DNA of 64,000 nt. Source: Acidobacteria bacterium UBA2161 (GTDB lineage: Bacteria > Acidobacteriota > Vicinamibacteria > Vicinamibacterales > UBA823). The position numbers and the translations under genes are program-made. This document shows, in pieces, positions 10,514 through 19,980 of the stretch. The stretch lies in NCBI GenBank assembly GCA_002328835.1, contig DCWN01000002.1, positions 39,314 through 103,313 of the forward strand, in the 5' to 3' direction. The first letter of the stretch is position 1, and the number at the start of each line of letters is the position of its first letter. Under the pieces are notes generated by a model that did no database searches, was not told the DNA's origin, and worked only from the letters and a program-made list of their open reading frames with translations.

Positions 10514-12061
10514 ATGCGCCGCTTCCCTCGGGTCACCGGATTCATGACGGTCCTGCTGCTGTTCACCGCCGCGCGCGCGATGCCCGGACAGCGCGGTGCG
10601 GAGGGCGGCATCCGTTTCGAGGTCACGGTCGATGCCGATCTGCAGCCGAGCCGGCGTGAGGGGAGGTTGTTCGTCGTGCTCGGATCGCCAGGGGAGGCTG
10701 AACCCCGGCAGCTCATCGGACGGACCGGAATGGATTCGGCGCCGATCTTCGCCGTCGACGCAATCGGGGTCGAGCCCGGGAGCCGGCACAGCGTCGAGGC
10801 GACGGCATACGGATTCCCGCTGGCCAGTCTGGACGAGGTGCCTGCAGGCGACTACCGTGTGCAGGCGCTGTTCGATTCCAACATCGATCTGAAGTCACCG
10901 AACGCGCCGGGCAATCTGTATAGCGACGTCCGGGCCATCCGGCTCGACCCGGCCGTCGGGGTGTTGGTGGAGCTTCCACTCTCGCATCGGGTGCCGGACG
11001 AGGTGTTGCCAACGTCGACCGAGCATCTCCGGTTCGTCAAGCTGCGCTCGTCGCTGCTGAGCGAGTTCCACGGCCGTCCGATCTACCTGCGGGCCGGCGT
11101 CATCCTTCCCCGTGACTACGAACAGGAGCCAGATCGGCGGTATCCGCTGCGGGTACGGATCGGAGGGTATGGCTCGCGCTATGCCAGGGTCCAGCGGATG
11201 ATGGCCGACGACTCCGAGTTTCGGGAGGCGTGGCTGTCGGATGCGGCGCCGCGGATGATTCTGCTGCATCTGGACGGCGACGGACCGTTCGGTGACCCCT
11301 ACCAGGTGAACTCGGCGAACCACGGGCCGTACGGGAGCGCGATCACGCAAGAACTCATACCTCACATCGAGCGCGAGTTTCGTGCCATTAGGCAACCGCA
11401 CGCCCGGGTGCTCGATGGGGGATCGACGGGCGGGTGGGTCTCGCTGGCGCTGCAGGTCTTCTATCCTGATTTCTTCAACGGTACCTGGTCGTACTGTCCC
11501 GACGGCGTGGACTTCCGTGCCTTTCAACTGATTGACATCTACGCGGACGACAACGCCTACGTCAACGCGCGAGGGTTCGAACGGCCAAGTGCCCGCGACG
11601 TCGATGGGGATGTGCGTTTCACGATGCGACACGAGGCACGGTTGGAGAACCTCATCGGCTCGAGAGATAGCTGGACGATGTCGGGCCGGCAGTGGGGCGC
11701 CTGGAATGCGACGTACGGCCCTCGTGGAAACGACGGGTGGCCCGTGCCGCTCTGGGATCCCGAGACGGACGTCCTCGATCGGGACGTCCAAGCGCACTGG
11801 GAGCGCTACGACTTGCGGCTGGTGCTCGAACGGGACTGGAGCGAACTCGGGCCGAAGTTGCGGGGCAAGATCAACGTGTGGATCGGGGAAGCCGACAACT
11901 ACTTCCTGAACAATGCGGTGCACTACCTCGATGATTTTCTCGCCGCGGCCGACCCGCCGTACGAGGGGCGGATCGTCTACGGCCCGGGAGAGGGACACTG
12001 TTGGGTCGGTCTCTCTCCGCTCGAGATCATGCAGGAGATGGGCGCCGCCGTCTCTCGGTGA
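10514..12061 (+). CDS. Secreted alpha/beta-hydrolase (putative esterase) with N-terminal extension
   Basis: AGGAG RBS before ATG 10514, signal peptide, GGSTGG nucleophile elbow, GEADNY and GEGHCW putative Asp/His. Confidence 0.82.
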   Translation: MRRFPRVTGFMTVLLLFTAARAMPGQRGAEGGIRFEVTVDADLQPSRREGRLFVVLGSPGEAEPRQLIGRTGMDSAPIFAVDAIGVEPGSRHSVEATAYGFPLASLDEVPAGDYRVQALFDSNIDLKSPNAPGNLYSDVRAIRLDPAVGVLVELPLSHRVPDEVLPTSTEHLRFVKLRSSLLSEFHGRPIYLRAGVILPRDYEQEPDRRYPLRVRIGGYGSRYARVQRMMADDSEFREAWLSDAAPRMILLHLDGDGPFGDPYQVNSANHGPYGSAITQELIPHIEREFRAIRQPHARVLDGGSTGGWVSLALQVFYPDFFNGTWSYCPDGVDFRAFQLIDIYADDNAYVNARGFERPSARDVDGDVRFTMRHEARLENLIGSRDSWTMSGRQWGAWNATYGPRGNDGWPVPLWDPETDVLDRDVQAHWERYDLRLVLERDWSELGPKLRGKINVWIGEADNYFLNNAVHYLDDFLAAADPPYEGRIVYGPGEGHCWVGLSPLEIMQEMGAAVSR

Positions 12062-12127
12062 AGTCACAAAGGAGCGAGTCATGGACACGGCGCTGCTTCG
12101 TGGGCAGAGGCGAGGGAGAATAGCGTC

Positions 12128-13477
12128 ATGACGAACCAGTTCGATCGGCGCGCGTTCGTGAAGCTGGGAGTGGCGGGCTTCGGTGCGGCGGCCGGCATGG
12201 TGCGGCCGGTCAGGGCTCAGCCGGCGCAACTCGGGGCCGCGCCGGCCGCGTTGCTGGCGGCGCCGCCGATTGACGAGGTGCGGATTGGCTACGTGGGGGT
12301 CGGGTTGCAGGGATCGTCGCACTGCCGGAACCTGCTCCGGATCGACGGGGCCCGGCTCGTGGCGCTCTGCGACGTCGTGGAAGACAAGGTCGCGCGGATG
12401 CAGGCGTCGGTCGAGGACGCGGGCTATCCGCGTCCGCGCGCCTATGTGCGCGGTGAACGCGACTTCGAGCGGATGTGCCAGGAAGAGGACCTCGATCTGG
12501 TCTACACCGCGACGCCGTGGCGGTGGCACGTGCCGGTCTGCGTGGCGGCGATGACCAACGGCAAGCACGCTGCGACCGAGGTGCCGGCCGCGGTGACGGT
12601 CGATGACTGCTGGCAACTCGTCGAGACCGCCGAGCGCACGCAGAAGCACTGCGTGATGATGGAGAACGTGAACTACGGCCGCGCCGAGATGATGGTGTTC
12701 AACATGGTCCGGCAAGGCCTGCTAGGCGAGATCGTCCACGGCGAGTGCGGCTACTTGCACGACCTGCGGTCGGTGAAGTTCGAGGACGCGAACGAGGGGC
12801 TCTGGCGCCGCGCGCACTCGGTCGCGCGGAATGGCAATCTGTATCCGACGCACGGGCTCGGGCCGGTGGCCAACTGCATGGAGATCAATCGCGGAGACCG
12901 GTTCGACTATCTCGTGTCGATGAGCAGCAACGCGCGCGGACTTCAGGAGTATGCCGAGACCCACTTTCCGCCGGACGCGCCCGAGCGGGGTGAGCGCTAC
13001 GCGCTGGGCGACGTGAACGTCAGCCTGATTCGCACTGCCAACGGGCGGACGATCTTCCTGAGCCACGACACGAACCTGCCGCGGCCGTACAGCCGGATCA
13101 ATCTGGTGCAGGGCACGCGCGGCCTGTTCCAGGGCTACCCGGATCGGGTGTACGTCGAGGGGCGGAGCGCCGAGCACGAGTGGGATCGGGCGGAGGACTA
13201 CTACGATGAGTACGAGCATCCGCTCTGGCGGGAGATCGGCGGAAGTTCACGCGATGCCGGACACGGCGGCATGGACTTCCTCGAGGACTACCGGCTGATC
13301 AAATGCCTGCGCGAGGGGCGACCGACCGACATGAACGTCTACGACGCGGCCGCGCTGAGCGCCGTGTCGGAACTCTCCGAGCGCTCGGTGGCCGACGGGA
13401 GCCGCCCGCAGGCGTTCCCCGACTTCACGCGAGGCCGGTGGCGGAGCTATCCGAAGCTGGGGATCGTGAGCGCCTGA
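12128..13477 (+). CDS. Tat-exported Gfo/Idh/MocA oxidoreductase-fold glycosidase (GH109, alpha-N-acetylgalactosaminidase-like)
   Basis: DRRAFVK twin-Arg signal, ATPWRWH, ATEVPAA, MMENVNY, NLYPTHGLGP, GHGGMDF. Confidence 0.9.
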   Translation: MTNQFDRRAFVKLGVAGFGAAAGMVRPVRAQPAQLGAAPAALLAAPPIDEVRIGYVGVGLQGSSHCRNLLRIDGARLVALCDVVEDKVARMQASVEDAGYPRPRAYVRGERDFERMCQEEDLDLVYTATPWRWHVPVCVAAMTNGKHAATEVPAAVTVDDCWQLVETAERTQKHCVMMENVNYGRAEMMVFNMVRQGLLGEIVHGECGYLHDLRSVKFEDANEGLWRRAHSVARNGNLYPTHGLGPVANCMEINRGDRFDYLVSMSSNARGLQEYAETHFPPDAPERGERYALGDVNVSLIRTANGRTIFLSHDTNLPRPYSRINLVQGTRGLFQGYPDRVYVEGRSAEHEWDRAEDYYDEYEHPLWREIGGSSRDAGHGGMDFLEDYRLIKCLREGRPTDMNVYDAAALSAVSELSERSVADGSRPQAFPDFTRGRWRSYPKLGIVSA

Positions 13478-13499
13478 CGCCAGGTTTCGGGTCCGAGGT

Positions 13500-13586
13500 G
13501 CGCACGGCGCGCCTCGCGCGGGTGCGGCACGGGGCAATCGGGGTCCCCGGGAGCAGCCGCGCGGGGGTTCGGGGCGGAGCCCCGAC
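13500..13586. repeat. GC-rich REP-like palindromic element between convergent genes
   Basis: Hairpin TCGGGGC-GGA-GCCCCGA at 13569-13585 preceded by GGGGCAATCGGGGTCCCC; single copy in window. Confidence 0.5.
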
Positions 13587-15719
13587 TTAAGGTTGCTCGG
13601 TTCGCTCGGCCGCGGGCACATCGATCAGCCAGTGCTCGAACCAGCTGCTGAGCCGCTCCAACCGGTCGACCAGCAGCCACGGTTCGCCGGATCGCGACAG
13701 CCCGTGCGACGAGCGCGGATAGCGCACCAGTTCCACCGGCACCTGCCGCTTCTTCAGCGCCATGAACCACTGCTCGCCATCGGCAATCGGCGTCCGGTAG
13801 TCGTTCTCCGAGTGAATGATGAGCGTGGGCGCCGTCACGTTCTCGACGTAGGAGATGGGCGAGAGTTCGCGATAGAGCTCCCGCGCCTCCCACGGTGCCC
13901 CGAGGAACTCGTACTCCGTCAGCCCTTGCGCGTCGGAGGCGCCGTACCAGCTCTCCCAGTTCGTGATCGATCGGCTGGTGACCGACGCCGCGAACCGATC
14001 GGTCGTCGCGGTCAGCCAGTTCGACATGAACCCGCCGTAGCTGCCGCCCGACACGCCGATCCGTTCGGGATCGATGTCGGGATACGTCGCCAGCGCGGCG
14101 TCGACGCCGCGGAGGTAGTCCTCTGAGTCCATGTCGCCCCAGGCGCCGCGCGTCGCGTAGGTGAACACGTGGCCATAGCCGGTCGATCCGCGCGGATTCG
14201 GATAGAGGACGAAGAACCCGGCGTTCGAGAGTACGTGGAACGTCCGGAAGAACGTGTGGCCGTAGGCGCCGTGCGGCCCGCCGTGGATCTTCAGGACCAT
14301 CGGATACTGCGTGCCGGGCTGATAGCCGACCGGCTTGATGACCCAGCCTTCGATCTCGCTCCCCTCCTCGACGTACCACGTCAACCGTTCGGCCGGCATC
14401 AGCTGGACCTCGGCGAGCCAGGCATCGTTGAACGAGGTGAGCCGCTGCTCGCCCATGCCGTCGCCACGCGCCACGAACACCTCGGTCGGCGAGACGGCGT
14501 CGGTCACGGTGTAGGCCATGATCTGCCCGTCCGCGGAGGTCGAGATGCCCTGCACACGGCGAGCGCCGTTCGTCACCTGGCGGACCAGGCCGCCCTGGGT
14601 CGTCACCTCGAAGAGATGGGTCGCGCCGCCGATGCCGGCGGAAAACCTGACCATCCCCTCGGGGGTCCACGTCGGCGCACCCGGCGCCAGGTGCCACTCG
14701 TTCGTGAGCGTTCGCGGCGCACCGCTGAACCGACCCTGTGTGTTCAACCGCACGATCTTGAGGTCGGTCTCGGCGCCGCGCTCGGGCGTCGCCAGGTAGG
14801 CCAGGAAGTTCCCGTCGGCCGAGAGTGCCAGGGAGCGTTCCGCGCCGGGATTCGACGTCAGACGCCGCGGCTCGCCGCCCTCGCGGTCGATCAGGTAGAT
14901 GTCGGTCGTGAGATCGCGGTTGTACTCGTCGTCCTCGGACGCGTCGCCGGTGAAGTACAGCCGCGCGGCATCGGGCGACCAGACGACGCCGCCGACGTCG
15001 AACTCGAGGGTCGTCAGCTGCGTCGGCGTGCCGCCACCGGCGGCGACGACGAACAGCTGGGTCTTCTGCTCGGTCGAGGGGTGCGGCTGGAGCTGTAGCT
15101 GGCCCTCCCGCTTGTAGCGCATCGACGTGACGACCCGGCCGTCGAAGCGCTCGGCGTCGAGCGTGCGCGAGATCGCATCGGAGGCGATCCAGCCGCGGCG
15201 CGCCTCTGGCGCCTCCCCGCCGCCATCGCTCGCGGCATCGTCTGGGTCTGGGTCGGGTGCCTTCGTGTAGGCGAACCATTCGCCGTCTGGGGACCAGGTT
15301 GGCGCGCCCTCGACACCGTCGACGTGATGGGCCTCGCCGCCCGGTGACGTCACCCGGGCGAACCAGGTGGCGTTCGAGTCGTCCCCGCGCCGCGACTGAA
15401 AGCTCAGGACCCGGCCGTCGGGGGACCACTGCGGGCTCGACGACTCCTCGGTCGGATCGGTGAACCGGAACGGCTCGCCGTCGGGCGCGCCGCCACGCAG
15501 CTGCTGCATCCAGACCTCGCGATGCCGCGCGTTGTCCTCCTCGACGATCGTCATGACCGTGAAGGCCACCAGGTCACCGGCGGGTGAGATCGCGGTCTGG
15601 CTGACGCCGATTTCCTCGTAGAAGTCTTCGGGCTGCAGTCCGCGCTGCTGGGCAGCTGCCGCGTGCGGCCAAGCGACCAGCGTCCAGCCGGCCAACAGCG
15701 CGATCGAAATCCGGCGCAT
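13587..15719 (-). CDS. Secreted S9 family serine peptidase (dipeptidyl/acylaminoacyl peptidase)
   Basis: Signal peptide, beta-propeller WSPDG repeats, IHGGPH, GGSYGG, HSENDYR, SSHGLSR; GGAGG RBS 6 nt before ATG 15719. Confidence 0.93.
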   Translation of the reverse strand: MRRISIALLAGWTLVAWPHAAAAQQRGLQPEDFYEEIGVSQTAISPAGDLVAFTVMTIVEEDNARHREVWMQQLRGGAPDGEPFRFTDPTEESSSPQWSPDGRVLSFQSRRGDDSNATWFARVTSPGGEAHHVDGVEGAPTWSPDGEWFAYTKAPDPDPDDAASDGGGEAPEARRGWIASDAISRTLDAERFDGRVVTSMRYKREGQLQLQPHPSTEQKTQLFVVAAGGGTPTQLTTLEFDVGGVVWSPDAARLYFTGDASEDDEYNRDLTTDIYLIDREGGEPRRLTSNPGAERSLALSADGNFLAYLATPERGAETDLKIVRLNTQGRFSGAPRTLTNEWHLAPGAPTWTPEGMVRFSAGIGGATHLFEVTTQGGLVRQVTNGARRVQGISTSADGQIMAYTVTDAVSPTEVFVARGDGMGEQRLTSFNDAWLAEVQLMPAERLTWYVEEGSEIEGWVIKPVGYQPGTQYPMVLKIHGGPHGAYGHTFFRTFHVLSNAGFFVLYPNPRGSTGYGHVFTYATRGAWGDMDSEDYLRGVDAALATYPDIDPERIGVSGGSYGGFMSNWLTATTDRFAASVTSRSITNWESWYGASDAQGLTEYEFLGAPWEARELYRELSPISYVENVTAPTLIIHSENDYRTPIADGEQWFMALKKRQVPVELVRYPRSSHGLSRSGEPWLLVDRLERLSSWFEHWLIDVPAAERTEQP

Positions 15720-15850
15720 GGGCATCCTCCGATGAAAATGATTCGCCGTGTATACGGGCCTGGGCGAGTCTACCATGCGGGATCCGGCCGGCCCGCAGCG
15801 TACAATACGCTTGTTCGTTCCCTTCGCGCCGTCGCCCGAGAGGTATCGCC

Positions 15851-16813
15851 ATGTCCCGTGTCGCCATCGCCCAGACCGCGCCGATCGTCTTCGATCGCGA
15901 TCGCACCCTCGAGCTCGTCGCCGACTGGACGGCGCGGGCGGCCGACGAGGGCGCCGACCTCGTGCTGTTCCCCGAGGCGTTCGTGTCCGGCTATCCGAAG
16001 GGCCTCGACTTCGGCGCCCGGGTCGGCATGCGAACACCCGCCGGACGTGACGACTACCTGCGCTACTGGAACAGCGCCGTCGACGTGCCTGGGCCCGCGG
16101 TCGATCGACTCGGGGCGATCGCCAAGCGCCATCGGGTGCATCTGGTGATCGGGGTCATCGAGCGGGGCGTCGGGACGATGTACTGCACCGTCCTCTTCCT
16201 GGCACCGGACGGCGCGTTGATGGGGAAACATCGGAAGTTGATGCCCACCGCGGCCGAGCGGCTCGTATGGGGGTTCGGCGACGGTTCGACGATGCCGGTG
16301 TTCGACACGCCGCTGGGCCGTCTGGGCGCCGTCATCTGCTGGGAGAACTACATGCCGGCGATGCGGCTGCATATGTACTCGAAAGGGATCCAGATCTACT
16401 GCGCGCCGACCGCCGACGAGCGCGAGACCTGGGTCGCGTCGATGCGCCACATCGCGATGGAGGGCCGCTGTTTCGTGCTCTCCGCCAATCAGTTCGCGAA
16501 GCGCAAGGACTTTCCTGACGACTACGACACCGTACAGGGCAACGACCCGGAGACCGTCGTCTCGCGGGGAGGCAGTTGCATCATCGATCCGTTCGGGAAG
16601 CTGCTGGCCGGCCCGCAGTACGAGGGTTCCTGTCTGCTCACGGCCGACCTGGACTTGGGCGACTTGGCGCGCGGGAAGTACGACTTCGACGTCGTCGGCC
16701 ACTACGCCCGGCCCGACGTCTTCCGGCTGGAGGTCAACGAGCGCGCGACGCCGGTGGTCGTGACCAGCGGGGGGCCACCGGCCGGCGACCCGACGGACGA
16801 CCCGTCGGACTGA
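15851..16813 (+). CDS. Nitrilase (carbon-nitrogen hydrolase, plant-like branch)
   Basis: Catalytic triad E-K-C in FPEAF, HRKLMPT, ICWENYM; FDVVGHYARPD. Confidence 0.93.
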   Translation: MSRVAIAQTAPIVFDRDRTLELVADWTARAADEGADLVLFPEAFVSGYPKGLDFGARVGMRTPAGRDDYLRYWNSAVDVPGPAVDRLGAIAKRHRVHLVIGVIERGVGTMYCTVLFLAPDGALMGKHRKLMPTAAERLVWGFGDGSTMPVFDTPLGRLGAVICWENYMPAMRLHMYSKGIQIYCAPTADERETWVASMRHIAMEGRCFVLSANQFAKRKDFPDDYDTVQGNDPETVVSRGGSCIIDPFGKLLAGPQYEGSCLLTADLDLGDLARGKYDFDVVGHYARPDVFRLEVNERATPVVVTSGGPPAGDPTDDPSD

Positions 16814-16828
16814 CAGTGAACTCTGGGG

Positions 16829-17392
16829 TTAGCCCGCCTCGCGGGGGTCGGGCGGCATCGAGTCTTCGAGGTCGACGCCGAGCCCGTCGGCGATCCGGTT
16901 GATGTAGTTGAAATAGGCAATCACCTGCGCGGCATCGCTGATCTGGTCGTCGGCGAGACCCGCCCCGCGCAGGTCGTCGAGGTCGCCGCGCCGGATCTCC
17001 CACGGCGCGCGCGTCAGGCGTTCGGCATAGGCCATGAGCGCCGTATCCGCCGCCGACAGGCCGGCCGTTCGCCAGTCCGCCTTGAAGTTGTCCACCCAAG
17101 CATCGTCGTCGACCTCGGCCCGGAGGTCGTGCACGTGGGCCTCGATTCAATAGTGGCACTGGTTGACCTGCGACACGACGACGGCCAGCATCTCGCGCTG
17201 GGCGCGGCCGAGCCCGGCGCGGCCGTGCATGAGTGCGCCATAGAAATCCATGCTCGTTTTCAGCTGAAGCGGTCGCAGGCTCATGATGCCGACTATGTTG
17301 TAGACCTTGCCGGCCCGCCTGACCGCTCTGTCGTATTCGGCGCGCAGCGCGCCATCGGACTCTTCGTAGTCGATCGTCTTGATCCAGGCCAT
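16829..17392 (-). CDS. AhpD/carboxymuconolactone-decarboxylase-like peroxidase-related protein, probable selenoprotein (CxxU, TGA 17149-17147)
   Basis: ORFs 17147-17404 and 16829-17134 are in the same frame; read-through gives REMLAVVVSQVNQCHY-U-IEAHVHDL...AYFNYINRIADGLG, one continuous AhpD-like domain. Confidence 0.85.
17110..17129 (-). promoter_or_regulatory. Candidate bacterial SECIS hairpin
   Basis: mRNA CGACCUC-CGGGCC-GAGGUCG, 7-bp stem; loop starts 24 nt 3' of UGA and has G at position 2. Confidence 0.7.
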
Positions 17393-17463
17393 GCCGCCGA
17401 TCATAACGAATCAGGAGGCAGGAGGCCGTCGGATCTCATCGTGGTCACCCCACGCGCTGCCCG

Positions 17464-17469
17464 TATAAT
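17464..17469 (+). promoter_or_regulatory. sigma70 -10 box upstream of penicillin acylase gene
   Basis: Perfect TATAAT 33 nt before ATG 17503. Confidence 0.5.
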
Positions 17470-17502
17470 GCGGTGCCGGTCCTCTCTGTCTTGGAGCAAT
17501 GC

Positions 17503-19944
17503 ATGAGAATTCTCCGCGCTCTATCCATCAGCCTGATCCTCGGATTCGCGATGCAGCTCGGAATGCCCGCCGAAGCGAGGGCACAGGGCCAGCCGGAGCG
17601 GTTGCAGTTGGCCGGTCTCGACGCGCCCGTGGAGATCATCACGGATCGGTGGGGGATTGCGCACATCTACGCCGAGACCGAGGCCGACCGGTTCTTCGCA
17701 CAAGGCTTCAACGCAGCCCGCGACCGGCTGTTCCAGTTCGAGATGTGGCGGCGGAAGGCGACCGGCACGTCGGCTGAGATCCTCGGCCGCCGAGCGATCG
17801 AGGATGACATCGGGTCGCGGCTGCACCGGTTTCGCGGCGATCTCACGCAGGAACTGAATCACTATCATCCGCGCGGCGCGGCGATCATCAATGCCTTCGT
17901 GCGAGGCATCAACGCCTACATCGAGATGACCGACCAGAATGCGGACTTGCTGCCGGTCGAGTTCCGACTGCTTGGCATCACGCCCGGCCGATGGACGCCC
18001 GCGGTCGTGATTTCGCGCCACCAGGGCCTCTTGGCCAACGTGACGCGCGAACTGACATACGGGCGTGCGGTAGCGCGCGTCGGCCCCGAGCCGATCAGGG
18101 AGCTATCCTGGTTCCGGCCGGGCGAACCCGATCTCGCGCTGGACCCCGCCATCGACGGGGCCTTGCTGACCGACGAGATCCTCGACATCTACCGAGCGTT
18201 CAAGCGGCCGCTGCGGTTTGAACCGGAGGATATCGTGCCGGCGTTTCGGGCGGACCGTGCGATGTTCGAGCGGTTGCTCGCGGCGATGCCGACCGAGGCC
18301 GAGCTCGCCGAACGGCAGGAGGCGATCGGCAGCAACAACTGGATCGTCGGCGGCGGCCGCACGCTCAGTGGTTTTCCCTTCATGGCGAACGATCCGCATC
18401 GGGTGCAGCAGGCGCCGTCGCTTCGCTATTGGGTCCACCTGGTGGGTCCTGGCTGGAACGTCATCGGCGGCGGCGAGCCGGTCCTGCCCGGCATCTCCAT
18501 CGGACATAACGAGCACGGCGCGTGGGGCCTGACGGTCTTCGGCCAGGACAGCGAGGACCTCTACGTCTACGACACCAATCCGGACGATCCGCTCGAGTAC
18601 CGCTATCTGGGTCAGTGGGAGCGGATGCGTGTGGTCGAAGAGCAGATTGCGGTGAAGGGCGAGCCGCCCGTGACCGTTCAGTTGAAGTTCACACGGCATG
18701 GTCCGGTGCAGCACGAAGACGTCGAGCACAGCAAGGCCTACGCCCTACGGGCAGCGTGGCTCGACATCGGGGCGGCGCCGTACCTGGCGAGCCTGCGCAT
18801 GGACCAGGCGCGCACGTGGGAAGAGTTTCGTGACGCCTGCAGCTACAGCCGGATCCCGGCCGAGAACATGGTCTGGGCCGATCGCGGCAAGACCATCGGC
18901 TACCAGGCCGTCGGCGTCTCGCCGATTCGGCCTGGATGGAGCGGTCTCGTGCCCGTGCCCGGCGACGGCCGATACGAATGGGACGGCTACTTGCCGATCG
19001 AAGCGCTGCCGCACGTCGTCAATCCGCCCGAAGACTACTTCGCCACAGCCAACAACTACATGGTGCCCGACGGGTATCCGCACGTCGACGCGCTGCACTA
19101 CACCTGGGGAGACGAGATGCGCGCGGTACGCGTGAACGAGGTGCTCAGGTCGGGCCGGCGCCACACGATCGTCGACATGATGCGGCTACAGCACGACGAA
19201 CTCTCGGTGCCCGCCCGGAATCTGGTGGCTTTCCTCGATGGTGTGGCGCTCGCCAGCCCGACAACGGAAGACGCGCGGCGCCGGCTCCTGGCTTGGGATG
19301 CGGTGCTCGACCGCGACTCGGTCGAGGCGGCGGTCTATGTCGCCTGGGAGCGCCGCCTCGTGCGCAACCTCGGCGAGGTATTCCTGCCAGAGGCGATCCG
19401 GACGCTGGTCGGCGGCGTGAACATCAAGAAGGCCATCAATTGGCTGGCGGCGCCGGACGGTCGGTTTGGCGCCGACCCGATCGCGGGGCGGGACCGACTC
19501 GTCGCGGACAGCCTGGAGCAGGCGCTTGCCGATCTGGAGGCCCGGCTGGGGCCCGATCAGATCGATTGGCGCTACGGGCAGCCGGACTTCAAGCATGCGC
19601 TCATCCGGCATCCCTTGAGTCCGGCCGTGGACGAGGCGACGCGCCAGTTTCTCGACGTGGGGCCCGTCCCGCGCGGCGGGTACGGTCGGACCGTGAACAA
19701 CACCGGCAACGGCGACAACCAGACCTCTGGCGCCTCGTTCCGGATCATCGCCGACACGGAGAATTGGGATCACTCGGTCGGGACAAACGCACCGGGGCAG
19801 TCCGGCAATCCCGACAGCCCGCACTATCGCGACCTGTTCGCGCTCTGGGCGGAAGGGAAGTACTTTCCAGTATTCTACTCACGAGCGAAGGTTGAGTCCG
19901 TGGCCGAGCGGACCGAGGAATTCCTTCCCGGCGGGAGCCGGTAA
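17503..19944 (+). CDS. Penicillin acylase family Ntn-hydrolase (S45), secreted
   Basis: DRWGIAHIYA, AARDRLFQ, GSNNW nucleophile, ANDPH, APGQSGNPDSPHYRD; signal peptide. Confidence 0.93.
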   Translation: MRILRALSISLILGFAMQLGMPAEARAQGQPERLQLAGLDAPVEIITDRWGIAHIYAETEADRFFAQGFNAARDRLFQFEMWRRKATGTSAEILGRRAIEDDIGSRLHRFRGDLTQELNHYHPRGAAIINAFVRGINAYIEMTDQNADLLPVEFRLLGITPGRWTPAVVISRHQGLLANVTRELTYGRAVARVGPEPIRELSWFRPGEPDLALDPAIDGALLTDEILDIYRAFKRPLRFEPEDIVPAFRADRAMFERLLAAMPTEAELAERQEAIGSNNWIVGGGRTLSGFPFMANDPHRVQQAPSLRYWVHLVGPGWNVIGGGEPVLPGISIGHNEHGAWGLTVFGQDSEDLYVYDTNPDDPLEYRYLGQWERMRVVEEQIAVKGEPPVTVQLKFTRHGPVQHEDVEHSKAYALRAAWLDIGAAPYLASLRMDQARTWEEFRDACSYSRIPAENMVWADRGKTIGYQAVGVSPIRPGWSGLVPVPGDGRYEWDGYLPIEALPHVVNPPEDYFATANNYMVPDGYPHVDALHYTWGDEMRAVRVNEVLRSGRRHTIVDMMRLQHDELSVPARNLVAFLDGVALASPTTEDARRRLLAWDAVLDRDSVEAAVYVAWERRLVRNLGEVFLPEAIRTLVGGVNIKKAINWLAAPDGRFGADPIAGRDRLVADSLEQALADLEARLGPDQIDWRYGQPDFKHALIRHPLSPAVDEATRQFLDVGPVPRGGYGRTVNNTGNGDNQTSGASFRIIADTENWDHSVGTNAPGQSGNPDSPHYRDLFALWAEGKYFPVFYSRAKVESVAERTEEFLPGGSR

Positions 19945-19980
19945 CGGCTCGCGCGGCGGTGTCAAGTGAGGGGAATCGAG

